Part shown: positions 30,642 to 39,771 of the stretch, one piece after another
Layout: each line of letters begins with the position of its first letter
Position numbering within the stretch: the stretch's first letter is position 1
Assembly (NCBI GenBank): GCA_963764625.1
Contig: CAVXTH010000009.1
Coordinates: 192,001 to 256,000, forward strand
Length of the DNA: 64,000 nucleotides
Direction of reading: 5' to 3'
From: Candidatus Krumholzibacteriota bacterium
Lineage (GTDB): Bacteria > Krumholzibacteriota > Krumholzibacteriia > JAJRXK01
Notes under the pieces: generated by a model
Told to the model about the DNA's origin: nothing
Seen by the model: the letters and a program-made list of their open reading frames with translations, nothing else
The model's database searches: none
Made by a program: the position numbers and the translations under genes

Positions 30642-32725
30642 GCGCCACGGTCCCTTCGAACGGCATCTTTACCACCGCGTGTCCGCGAAACTGCTACAGC
30701 ACCTGCAGTCTGAGAGTGGAAGTGGAAGACGGCCGCCTGCGTCGTATTGAAGGACATCCGCTCAATCGGGCCACGACAGAGGGCCCGTGCCTGAAGGGCC
30801 TCGCCTACCTCGAACGCGTCTCCTCGCCGGAGAGAATTCTGCATCCCCTCCGGCGAAAACCGGGGACGAGGGAGTTCGAGCCGATCGATTGGGAGGGCGC
30901 ACTCGAGCTTCTCAGCGAGAAGCTGGAGCGCGCGCGTGATCGCTTCGGACCCCAGAGCATCCTCTATTACTCGGCGAGCGGTACCAAGGGGCTGATGAAC
31001 GGCGTCGGGATGTCCTTCTGGCGGCTGTTCGGCGGATGTACCACGACCTACGGCGATCTGTGCTGGCCAGCGGGACTCGAGGCCACGCGCCTGACCCTGG
31101 GGGAGAATAAACACAACGCGCCCTGGGACATCGAGAACGCCCGACTGATCGTCATGTGGGGAAAGAACGCGGCCGAGACCAACATTCATCAGACGGTCTT
31201 CGTGAACCGCGCGCTGCAGAAAGGCGCCAAACTGGTCGTCATCGACCCTCGCCGCACCGAGACGGCCGAGCGCGCCGATCTGCTCATTCAGCCGCGTCCG
31301 GGAACGGACGGAGCTCTTGCCCTCGCGGTGGCCCATCGGCTCGTGCAGGAGGATTGGCTGGATCGAAAATTTCTCGCGCGGCACGTGAAGGGATTTTCCG
31401 AGTTCACGGCGAAGCTCACGAACGCGACGCCGGAGTGGGCGGCTAGGATCTGCCGGATCCCGAAGGAGCAGATCGAAGAGCTCGCGCACCTCATTGGCAC
31501 CAACGAGCCGGTCACCATCAATGCGGGCTTTGGCATGCAGCGTTACGCGAACAGCGGGCAGACCATGCGCGCCCTCATCGCGCTCTTGGCCCTCACCGGA
31601 AACATCGGCAAGCAAGGGGCGGGTTGGATTTTCGCGGACCTGCAGAGCCACATCTTCGACGAGGTGAAGGATCCCATCGCGTTCTATCCGCCCGAGCATC
31701 CCGACGGAGTCGTGCGGGTGGGAATCTCCACCGCGCGACTGGGCGAGGATATCTTGGCCTGCAGCGACCCACCGCTGAAAATCGCGTGGGTGGAGCGGGG
31801 GAATCCGGTGACCCAGAATCCGGACACCAATACGGTGCTCAAGGCCTTCCGCTCCCTGGAGTTCAGAGTGGTGGTCGAACAGTTCATGACCGACACCGCG
31901 CGTGAAGCCGACCTGATTCTCCCCGCGAAATCGATGTTCGAGCAGAGCGACGTGATCAACGCCTACTGGCATCCCTACATCCAACTCAAACAGAAAGTGC
32001 TCGAACCTCCCGGAGAGGTGAAACCCGAATCGGAGATCTACTGGCACCTCGCCCGTCGTCTGGGAATTCCCTCGTCACAACTCGAGGGTCTCATACCCGC
32101 ACCCTCAGACGAATCGGTCACCGCCTATCTCCGCGCGCGCCTGGCGAAGTTTCCCTCGCTCTCACTCGAGGCTCTGGCGGAGGGACCGCAGCTCGCACCT
32201 GGGCACCAGGAAATCGCCTTCTCGGACGGCGTGTTCGCAACCCCTTCGGGTAAAGTCGAACTGCTCGCTGAGGAAGCCTCTCGCCGCTGGGGAGCGGAGG
32301 TCCTGCCCAGCTACGAAGAACCGGTGGAGTCGATCGAGAGACAAGAGAAAGGTGACGAGAGTCATCCCCTCTACTTCATGACCCCCAACACCAAGAACCG
32401 GATCCACTCGCAGTTCAACAACCTGGAGATCATCCGGCAATTCAGCCCCCGCCCCTTCCTGCACATGCATCCTGGGGACGCTCAAAGGAGAGGGATCGAA
32501 GCGGGCGCCCGCGTCAGGGTTTTCAACCGGCGGGGAAGTCTAAAGATCGAGGTTCGTCTCGACCCCGCGCTCAAGCCGGGATGCGTCTGCATGACCAACG
32601 GGTGGTGGATCAGCCAGGGGGGAACGGTCAACTTCCTCTCGCGGGGTCGCGAGACCGACATGGGACACGGGGCGGCCTTTCACGAGAACCGGGTCGAAGT
32701 GCAGCTCCTTTCGGCCGATAGGTAG
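30638..32725 (+). CDS. Mo/W-bisPGD (DMSO-reductase family) oxidoreductase catalytic subunit, no Tat signal
   Basis: CPRNCYSTC...CLKG Fe-S motif, DLCWPAG, IDPRRT, PRPGTDGAL, ADLILPA, HSQF. Confidence 0.92.
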   Translation: MSATVPSNGIFTTACPRNCYSTCSLRVEVEDGRLRRIEGHPLNRATTEGPCLKGLAYLERVSSPERILHPLRRKPGTREFEPIDWEGALELLSEKLERARDRFGPQSILYYSASGTKGLMNGVGMSFWRLFGGCTTTYGDLCWPAGLEATRLTLGENKHNAPWDIENARLIVMWGKNAAETNIHQTVFVNRALQKGAKLVVIDPRRTETAERADLLIQPRPGTDGALALAVAHRLVQEDWLDRKFLARHVKGFSEFTAKLTNATPEWAARICRIPKEQIEELAHLIGTNEPVTINAGFGMQRYANSGQTMRALIALLALTGNIGKQGAGWIFADLQSHIFDEVKDPIAFYPPEHPDGVVRVGISTARLGEDILACSDPPLKIAWVERGNPVTQNPDTNTVLKAFRSLEFRVVVEQFMTDTAREADLILPAKSMFEQSDVINAYWHPYIQLKQKVLEPPGEVKPESEIYWHLARRLGIPSSQLEGLIPAPSDESVTAYLRARLAKFPSLSLEALAEGPQLAPGHQEIAFSDGVFATPSGKVELLAEEASRRWGAEVLPSYEEPVESIERQEKGDESHPLYFMTPNTKNRIHSQFNNLEIIRQFSPRPFLHMHPGDAQRRGIEAGARVRVFNRRGSLKIEVRLDPALKPGCVCMTNGWWISQGGTVNFLSRGRETDMGHGAAFHENRVEVQLLSADR

Positions 32726-32728
32726 AGC

Positions 32729-34225
32729 ATGCAGCGGTCCTTCCATCTGGATCTCAACCAGTGCACCGGCTGTGAAGCCTGCGTGGTCGCGTGCGCGATC
32801 GAAAACGAGCTTCCCTGGGGGACGAGTTGGCGGAGGGTGGAAACCCACAACGAGAATCATCTGCCCGGCATTCCCTTCTTTCACCTCTCCCTGGCGTGCA
32901 ATCACTGCGCGGACGCCCCGTGCCAGAAGCACTGTCCCGCCCTGGCCTACTCGAAGGACGAATTCACCGGAGCGGTGGTCCTCGATCCGAATCTCTGCAT
33001 GGGCTGCAAATACTGCACCTGGGCCTGTCCCTACGACGCCCCGGCCTACAACCCCTCGGTGGGAGTGGTTGAGAAGTGCACTTTCTGCAACGACCGCCAG
33101 AAGGAAGGACACTCTCCCGCTTGCGTGGCTCAGTGCCCGACCGGAGCGCTGCAGCTGGGCGAACTCGACGGGTCGGGCGAGTGGCGCGCTCTCGATACCC
33201 AAGCACGCGCTTCCCTCGGGCACGGCGGCGCGTCGCGCGATGGGGGACACGAATCCCCAGAAGAAGTGCCTTCCCCGCCGCAGGCGGCGGTGGAGGGGTT
33301 TCCCTCAACTTCCGCGCGACCCTCGATTCGCTTCACGCCTCTGCGCGCGAACCATCTCTTTCCCAAAGTGGCCTCGGAGGCGAGCTGGTGGGGTCCGGGT
33401 CCGGCCCCGATGCGCGCGTCCGCGCGGATCAGCTTGCGGCGGGAATGGCCCCTGGCCGTCTTCACTCTTCTCACCGCGTTTCTGGTGGGATGGATGGCGG
33501 CAAGAGTCGCCGGACCCCGACTCGGCGGGTTGGGCATGCGGGGACCCGGGTTCGACGCCCGGCTTGCTCCGTTGTTCTTTTTGGGGCTGAGCCTGGCTGG
33601 AATGGGCTTGAGCACCCTGCACCTGGGTCGCAAGAGCCGCGCGTATCGCAGCATTCTCAACCTTCGCCATAGCTGGTTGAGCCGGGAAATCTTCTTCTAC
33701 TCCGCCTTCGTGGGGCTGGCGGGCATCTCGTGGTTGCACTCTCCGCTCAATGCAGCCGCGCAATGGGCCGCGCCAATCACGGGCTTTGCGGCACTTTTTT
33801 CCATGGACAGCGTCTACCTCGTCACCGGGACGCAGGGGCTGCGGCGCCACAGCGCGCAGGTCTTTCTCACCGGACTTCTGGTGTTCTCGTTGATGAGTTC
33901 TTCGGTGGTTCTGGTGGGGGGCTTCCTCTTGCTGAAGCTCCTGTTGTATCTTGCGCGCAAGATCGAGGGCCCAAGCCCATGGAGGGTCCGGCTCGGCTGG
34001 ATCGGTCTCTTGCGTCTGGGTGGCGGGATCCTTCTCCCGGTGGCAGTTTGGTGGTGGAAGGCAGAGGATGTCGCCGGTTTGGTGCTGCTTCTGATCGCGC
34101 TCGGGGAAATTTTGGACCGCTGCGAATTCTACCGGGAGCTGCGGGTCACGACTCCACGCCGCCAGATAGAGACGGACTTACGGAAGGCGCTCGCGAATGT
34201 CCTCCCCGCGCCAGTGGTTCCCTAG
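32729..34225 (+). CDS. DmsB-like 4x[4Fe-4S] protein fused to DmsC-like membrane anchor
   Basis: CTGCEACVVAC, CNHCADAPC, CMGCKYCTWACP, KCTFC...PACVAQCP; then EWPLAVFT, HLG, SWLSREI and TM helices. Confidence 0.9.
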   Translation: MQRSFHLDLNQCTGCEACVVACAIENELPWGTSWRRVETHNENHLPGIPFFHLSLACNHCADAPCQKHCPALAYSKDEFTGAVVLDPNLCMGCKYCTWACPYDAPAYNPSVGVVEKCTFCNDRQKEGHSPACVAQCPTGALQLGELDGSGEWRALDTQARASLGHGGASRDGGHESPEEVPSPPQAAVEGFPSTSARPSIRFTPLRANHLFPKVASEASWWGPGPAPMRASARISLRREWPLAVFTLLTAFLVGWMAARVAGPRLGGLGMRGPGFDARLAPLFFLGLSLAGMGLSTLHLGRKSRAYRSILNLRHSWLSREIFFYSAFVGLAGISWLHSPLNAAAQWAAPITGFAALFSMDSVYLVTGTQGLRRHSAQVFLTGLLVFSLMSSSVVLVGGFLLLKLLLYLARKIEGPSPWRVRLGWIGLLRLGGGILLPVAVWWWKAEDVAGLVLLLIALGEILDRCEFYRELRVTTPRRQIETDLRKALANVLPAPVVP

Positions 34226-34268
34226 ACTGTAACCGTGGGCGAATCGTCTGGGAAGGATGAGAGATCCC

Positions 34269-34727
34269 ATGAAATTTACGATGCAGGTGAACGGAGCGAA
34301 GCACACAGTGGACGTCCCCGCCGAGATGCCGTTGCTGTGGGTCTTGCGCGACGTGCTCGAGCTCACCGGAACCAGGTTCGGATGTGGTCAAGGGGACTGT
34401 GGCGCGTGCACGGTGCTGGTGGAGGGCCGGGCGCGGCGCTCCTGCATCACTTCGATCGACGAAGTCGCAAGCAAGAAGATCCTCACCATCGAGGGCTTGG
34501 CCGAAGAAACTCTCCATCCGCTGCAAGAGGCCTGGTTGGCCGAGCAGGTGTCCCAGTGCGGTGCCTGCCAATCCGGGATGATCCTCAGCGCTGTCGCTCT
34601 GCTCGAGGACGTTTCCGACCCCAGCGACGCGCAGATCGACTCGAGACTGGGGGCGAATCTGTGTCGCTGTGGGACCTATCAACGCGTGCGCAGGGCGATT
34701 CACCGCGCCGCCGGGGTGAAGCGATGA
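34269..34727 (+). CDS. iorA: 2[2Fe-2S] subunit, isoquinoline 1-oxidoreductase alpha-like
   Basis: GTRFGCGQGDCGACTV, TIEGL, QCGACQSG, NLCRCGTY. Confidence 0.9.
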   Translation: MKFTMQVNGAKHTVDVPAEMPLLWVLRDVLELTGTRFGCGQGDCGACTVLVEGRARRSCITSIDEVASKKILTIEGLAEETLHPLQEAWLAEQVSQCGACQSGMILSAVALLEDVSDPSDAQIDSRLGANLCRCGTYQRVRRAIHRAAGVKR

Positions 34728-36902
34728 GCGATCAGCCCAAGGACCAAAGGGGCAAGCGCCTGATGTCCCGACGCGGGTTCCTGGCCCTCTCCGCCATTGG
34801 GGGAACCGGCCTGGTCTTGGCTCTCACTCTGCCGCGCCACGTGGGAGGGCTTCTCGCGCCCCTGGGCGAGGCGCAGAAGGAGGGTCCCGATCTCTTCGTG
34901 CGCATCACACCCCAGAATGAAGTGATCATCAAAGTGGTGCGATCGGAGATGGGACAGGGAGTGCGCACAGCTTTGCCCATGATTCTCGCCGAAGAGTTGG
35001 ACGCCGATCTGTCGACCGTCGTGGTCGAACAGGGCGATGCCGACGCCAGGTATTTCATGGGAACCGCGGGAAGTCAGAGCATCTTCCGGTCGTTCGAGCT
35101 CTTGAGAAGGGCGGGGGCCGCGGCGCGTCTCATGCTGCTGCAGGCCGCGGCACAACGCTGGAACGAAGGACAAAGCCGGTGTCGCACCGAGTCGGGTTTC
35201 GTGCTTGGACCGCGCGAACAGAAGCTCAGCTACGGCGAGTTGGCCGAGGAAGCGGCAAAGCTGGAGCTCCCGCCGCATTCGACGCTCAAGGAGACGGCCG
35301 AGTTCACCCTCGTCGGAACCGAGCCACCTCGCTACGGCGGCGAGGATATCGTGCGCGGTCGCGCGCAGCTCGGGCAGGACACACGCGTGCCCGGCCTGCG
35401 CTTCGCTTCCCTGGAGCGGCCGCCGACCAAGGGAGCCGAACTGAGGGAGTTCGACGAGAGCGCGGCCAAAAGAGTGCCGGGAGTCCTCGAGGTATTCGCC
35501 TTGGACGAGGGGGTGGCGGTTCTCGCCGAGAACACCTGGGCCGCATTTCAGGGACGCGAGGCTCTGCGGGCGAAATGGCGCGAGGGCAAGGCGGCCGAGT
35601 TTTCCACCCACGAGCTGCAGCGCCGCATGGACGAGGCTCTGCGCCGTCCTGGAAAATCGGTCCACGGGGACGAGGACGCCGAGAAAGAACTCGAGAACGC
35701 GGAAGACCTCATCGAGGCGCGCTACGAACTCCCGTTTCTGGATCAGGCTCCGATGATCCCCCTCAATTGCACCGCCGTCGTCGAGCGAGTCGGAGACCGA
35801 GATCTGGGCGCCGGCCCAGTTTCCGAACTGGGCCAAGAGGGAGGTCGCTCACCGTGTCGGTCTGTCCGAGGACCAGATCACTCTCCACGTGACCCTCATC
35901 GGCAGTGGATTCGGCCGGCGCATTTACCCCGACGTGATCATCGAGGCAGCGGCGATCGCCAAGCGGGCGCAAGTGCCGGTGCAACTCGTGAATACGCGTA
36001 AGGACAATTTTCGGCACGGAGTCTACCGTCCTGCAAACCACCACCTCCTCCGCGCGCGACTCGATGCCAACGGAATGCCGCGCGCGTGGAGCCACAGAAT
36101 TGCCGGCCCTTCGATCACCGCCAGCTGGTCTCCTCGCAGCTCTCACCCGGAGGCCTTCGAGATTCAGGGGGCGGCGGATCTTCCCTACGCCATCGAGAAG
36201 ATCCACGTCAGCTACGCTCGGGTCCCGGTTCCGGTGAGATTGGGCGCGATGCGAGGGGTCGCGCGGGTGAACAACGCTTTCGTCACAGAGTGCTTTCTCG
36301 ACGAACTCGCGCACGCTGCCGGACGCGACCCCCTGCAGTACCGGCTCGAGTTGCTCCAGGGAAGGGAAACTTTCGAGAGCGAAGGCGAGAACATCGAGCC
36401 CGAGCGCCTGGCCGCGGTGCTGCGCCTGGCGGCTGAGAAGGCGGGCTGGGGGAAGACCATGCCCGCGGGCCATGGCCTGGGGATCGCCGCCAATGCGTAC
36501 TCCTCCTGTCAGAGCTACTCGGCGGAGGTGGCCCACGTCGAGCTTCTTCCCGGCGGCAAACTTCGGGTGCACGAGGTGTGGTGCGCGGTGGACTGTGGAA
36601 TCGTGGTTCATCCCGACCTGGTGCGTGCTCAATTCGAGGGCGGAGTGGTCTATGGGCTGAACTCGGTCCTGAAGCATCGTCTCAGTTTCGAGAAGGGCCG
36701 CGCCAAAGAGATCGACTTCCGCGACTACCCTCTGCTCACCCTCAAAGAAGCGCCGGAAGTGAGGGTGTACTTCGTGAAAAGCGATCGGCCGCCCGGGGGC
36801 ATCGGAGAGCCCCCTCTGCCTCCTCTGGCGCCTGCGGTCTGCAATGCCGTGTTCGCAGCGGGCGGCAGGAGGGTGCGAGTCTTGCCCATCGGCGAGTTCT
36901 GA
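34724..36902 (+). CDS. iorB: Xanthine-oxidase-family Mo subunit, IorB-like, Tat-exported; +1 frameshift near 35786
   Basis: SRRGFL Tat motif, EMGQG, AEELD; second frame EIWAP, GSGFGRR, DCG, QFEGG, GGIGEP. Confidence 0.85.
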
Positions 36903-36923
36903 GCGTTACCGGGTTGCGGCGCG

Positions 36924-37693
36924 TCAAGTGAGCCGCAACGCGACGAGCGCGAGCAGAGCTCCGCCGAGAAGTGATCCGTCGACGAAAGTCGCCACGTAGA
37001 TCTCGTCGTCGCGACGGGGGAGAAGCGTCAGGAAGAGGAGCAGGGGAATCAGCCCCAAGAAGCGCGGACTTCCCCGCAGGAACAGCGCCGAAGCGGCTCC
37101 CGCCAAGGAGAGTAACAGGGCCGCGTTCCACGCCTTTGCCGGACCCAACCACTTGGCCTCGGCTTCGCGATCGGCGGCATCGCAGGCCAGGACGTTGGCG
37201 AACACCGCGAGCCCCACCGGAGCGAAATCCCTCAGGACGCCCAGAATTGGCAGTCCTCCCCAGAGGGTCGGAATCCCCCCCACCACGATCAGCCAGGCCA
37301 GGGCGATGTAGAGCGGCTTGACCATCGGCAACTTCTTCAAGTTGTGGTGCACGAGAGAGAGCGCGAAGACCAAGAGCAAGAGAAAGGCGATTCCCCATCC
37401 GGCGAGAAGGCCCAGCACCGCCGTGCCGGCGAAACCGATCAATCCGGCCAGGAGCAGGAGACGATGGTAGCTCTGAACGAATCGCCAGCGCCTCGGTTTG
37501 GTGAGCGCATCGCTTCGCCGTCCCCTCAGCCGATCAAAGTTGTAGACCGTGAAACTCCCCATGCAGACCAATAGATAGAGGGTGAAGGGCAAGTGTACTC
37601 CGAGGGCCCCCGCGACCGCGGCCAGGAGCGCGACCGCGATGGCGGAAATCCACAGCCCACTGTAGAGGAGAAAGTTTATGCGTGAGAACTCAC
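36924..37693 (-). CDS. UbiA prenyltransferase-like membrane protein (start unresolved)
   Basis: Multiple TM helices, YNFDR and NVLACDAADRE Asp motifs, K.LP..KP.YIA..W; no clear in-frame start after upstream gene. Confidence 0.55.
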
Positions 37694-37707
37694 GCGAGAG
37701 ATCGGGA

Positions 37708-38097
37708 TTAACTCGGATCGACGTAGGATTTCTCCTCCACGATGCTCGAGCCGGTAGCAATGTTGATCCGCCGTTTGATCCCACATCGCTCGTCGTTGCG
37801 GCGGTATACGGCGCGGGCCAGAGCGATAAAGGCCTCGCCGAAGTCGCGGCGAGCCTCACAGCCACGAATCTCATCCTCGATCTCCCACAGCGCTTCGTTC
37901 ACCGCCGCGAGCTCGCCAAGCCATTGCTCGAGCTGGGACTCCTCGAGGGGAAGGCCCTTGGCCACGGCCAGAAGGGCCTTCAGCTCCCGGCGCACGTTGG
38001 CCAGTTTCTTCTCGTCACCGATTCGCGCCTCCTTGATGCGCAGAATCGAGAGCTTATCCAAGAGCTCTCCGGCGGAGATGGGAATGTGAAGCTCCAA
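37708..38097 (-). CDS. DUF6165-family protein
   Basis: ISAGELLDKLSIL, VNxxLWxIEDxIR, ARAVYxxNDxR, EEKSY; TTG start after GGAGG. Confidence 0.8.
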   Translation of the reverse strand: MELHIPISAGELLDKLSILRIKEARIGDEKKLANVRRELKALLAVAKGLPLEESQLEQWLGELAAVNEALWEIEDEIRGCEARRDFGEAFIALARAVYRRNDERCGIKRRINIATGSSIVEEKSYVDPS

Positions 38098-38217
38098 GGA
38101 GATCCTCCCCAGGCTGGTGGCGGGACGAGAACTCACCGACAGTATAGGGGTACCCCGGCCCCGGCCCCAAGCGCGGGTGGAACTCTCTTTTCCTTTCCAG
38201 CCCACCCGCTCTGCGCC

Positions 38218-38246
38218 TTGACACCACCCCAAGCATTTTCTAGCCT
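38218..38246 (+). promoter_or_regulatory. Sigma70 promoter for speDE
   Basis: TTGACA-N17-TAGCCT. Confidence 0.65.
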
Positions 38247-38369
38247 TGTGACCCAATTTCGACCGGGAGCTCTTCTCCTCCGGATCCAATTGGTGGTTTC
38301 GCGTCCGGGTCGGCCGTGGGTCGGCCCGACAGGATCACTGGTTCTTCTCTCTCGCTCCGGAGTCAACTC

Positions 38370-38819
38370 GTGGAAACCATTGGACGTCACCTGATCGCCG
38401 AGTACTACGGCTGCACCAGCAGCGCACTCAATGATGTCGACCAGCTGCGAGAATACATGATTCACGCGGCCGAGACGGTGGGTGCCACGGTGATGGGAGA
38501 GACTTTCCATGCCTTCTCTCCCCAGGGCGCCAGCGGCACGGTCGTGATCGCCGAATCCCATCTGTCCATTCATACCTGGCCGGAGCGTGGTTACGTTGCG
38601 GTGGACATCTATACCTGCGGCGGGCTCGATCCCCGACCCGGCTTCGAGTTTCTCGCGGAAGTGCTGGAGGCGCAGAGCTACCGGGTACAGGAAATCCTGC
38701 GGGGTCTCCCCGAGGATCTAGACCACCACGGCATGCTCCTCCCCGAGGACGTCAGCGTGATCACGAAACTCCCGGAGATGCGACCCCTCGCTCCTCGTCG
38801 CATCGCTCAGGGAGCCTGA
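38370..38819 (+). CDS. speD: S-adenosylmethionine decarboxylase proenzyme (class 1B)
   Basis: GRHLIAE, FSPQG, AESHLSIHTWPE self-cleavage site, DIYTCG; adjacent to speE. Confidence 0.93.
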   Translation: METIGRHLIAEYYGCTSSALNDVDQLREYMIHAAETVGATVMGETFHAFSPQGASGTVVIAESHLSIHTWPERGYVAVDIYTCGGLDPRPGFEFLAEVLEAQSYRVQEILRGLPEDLDHHGMLLPEDVSVITKLPEMRPLAPRRIAQGA

Positions 38820-38825
38820 GTCTCG

Positions 38826-39746
38826 TTGAGCGCCGAAGAACACCACGACGAGCCCATCGAGATGACAGGCGAAATGCGCGGAGGTCTCTCCGAGGGTTGG
38901 CACACCGAGGAGGGATTCGGCGCGGTGCGGCTCGGCTTGCGCGTATCCTCCCTTCTCCACGAAGAACAGTCCGAGTATCAGAAGATCGCGGTCTGTGAGA
39001 GCGAGTTCTTTGGCCGCATCCTGCTCCTGGACGATCTCATCATGCTCACCGAGCGCGACGAGTTCGTGTATCACGAGATGATCACTCACGTTCCGCTCTG
39101 CGGAATTGAGAACCCGCGTAGAGTCCTGGTCATCGGGGGCGGCGACTGCGGGTGCCTCCGGGAGATCCTCAAGCACGAGAGCGTGGAGCGCGCGGTGCTG
39201 TGCGAGATCGACGAGCGCGTGACCGCGGTGTGCCGCGAGTTCTTTCCCTGGGTAGAGGATGTCGCCGGTGACCCGCGGGTGGAGCTGGCGTTCGCCGACG
39301 GGGTCGCTCACGTGAAGGAACATCCGCAAGAGTACGACCTGGTCATCGTGGACAGCACCGATCCCATCGGTCCGGCGGTCAACCTCTTCCGTCGCGAATT
39401 CTACGCGAGCGTCGCGCGGTGTCTGAAGCCCGGCGGCGTGATGGTGGCTCAGACGGAGTCGCCGTTCTATTCCCCGAAGGTGCTTGGTCGCATCAAGGCC
39501 GAGCTGGCCGAGGCCTTCCAGTGGGTCGATTTCTACCTCGGCTTCATTCCCACCTATCCGAGCGGATGTTGGAGCTGGGCCCACGCGAGCAACGATCGAG
39601 CCCACGACGCCTACTTCGACGAGGCGCGGGCCGAGCGGCTGGCCCGCTCCTGCCGCTACTACAATCCGGCGATCCACCGGGCTGCCTTCGCGCTGCCGAA
39701 CTTCGCGCGCGCCGCCGTTACAGAAGACGATTCCTCGAAGAAGTAG
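38826..39746 (+). CDS. speE: Polyamine aminopropyltransferase (spermidine synthase)
   Basis: SEYQKI, DEFVYHEM, IGGGDCG, EIDERV, DSTDP, PTYPSG, YYN. Confidence 0.94.
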   Translation: MSAEEHHDEPIEMTGEMRGGLSEGWHTEEGFGAVRLGLRVSSLLHEEQSEYQKIAVCESEFFGRILLLDDLIMLTERDEFVYHEMITHVPLCGIENPRRVLVIGGGDCGCLREILKHESVERAVLCEIDERVTAVCREFFPWVEDVAGDPRVELAFADGVAHVKEHPQEYDLVIVDSTDPIGPAVNLFRREFYASVARCLKPGGVMVAQTESPFYSPKVLGRIKAELAEAFQWVDFYLGFIPTYPSGCWSWAHASNDRAHDAYFDEARAERLARSCRYYNPAIHRAAFALPNFARAAVTEDDSSKK

Positions 39747-39771
39747 GCGTTTCCGCCGCGCTCCAGAGAGC

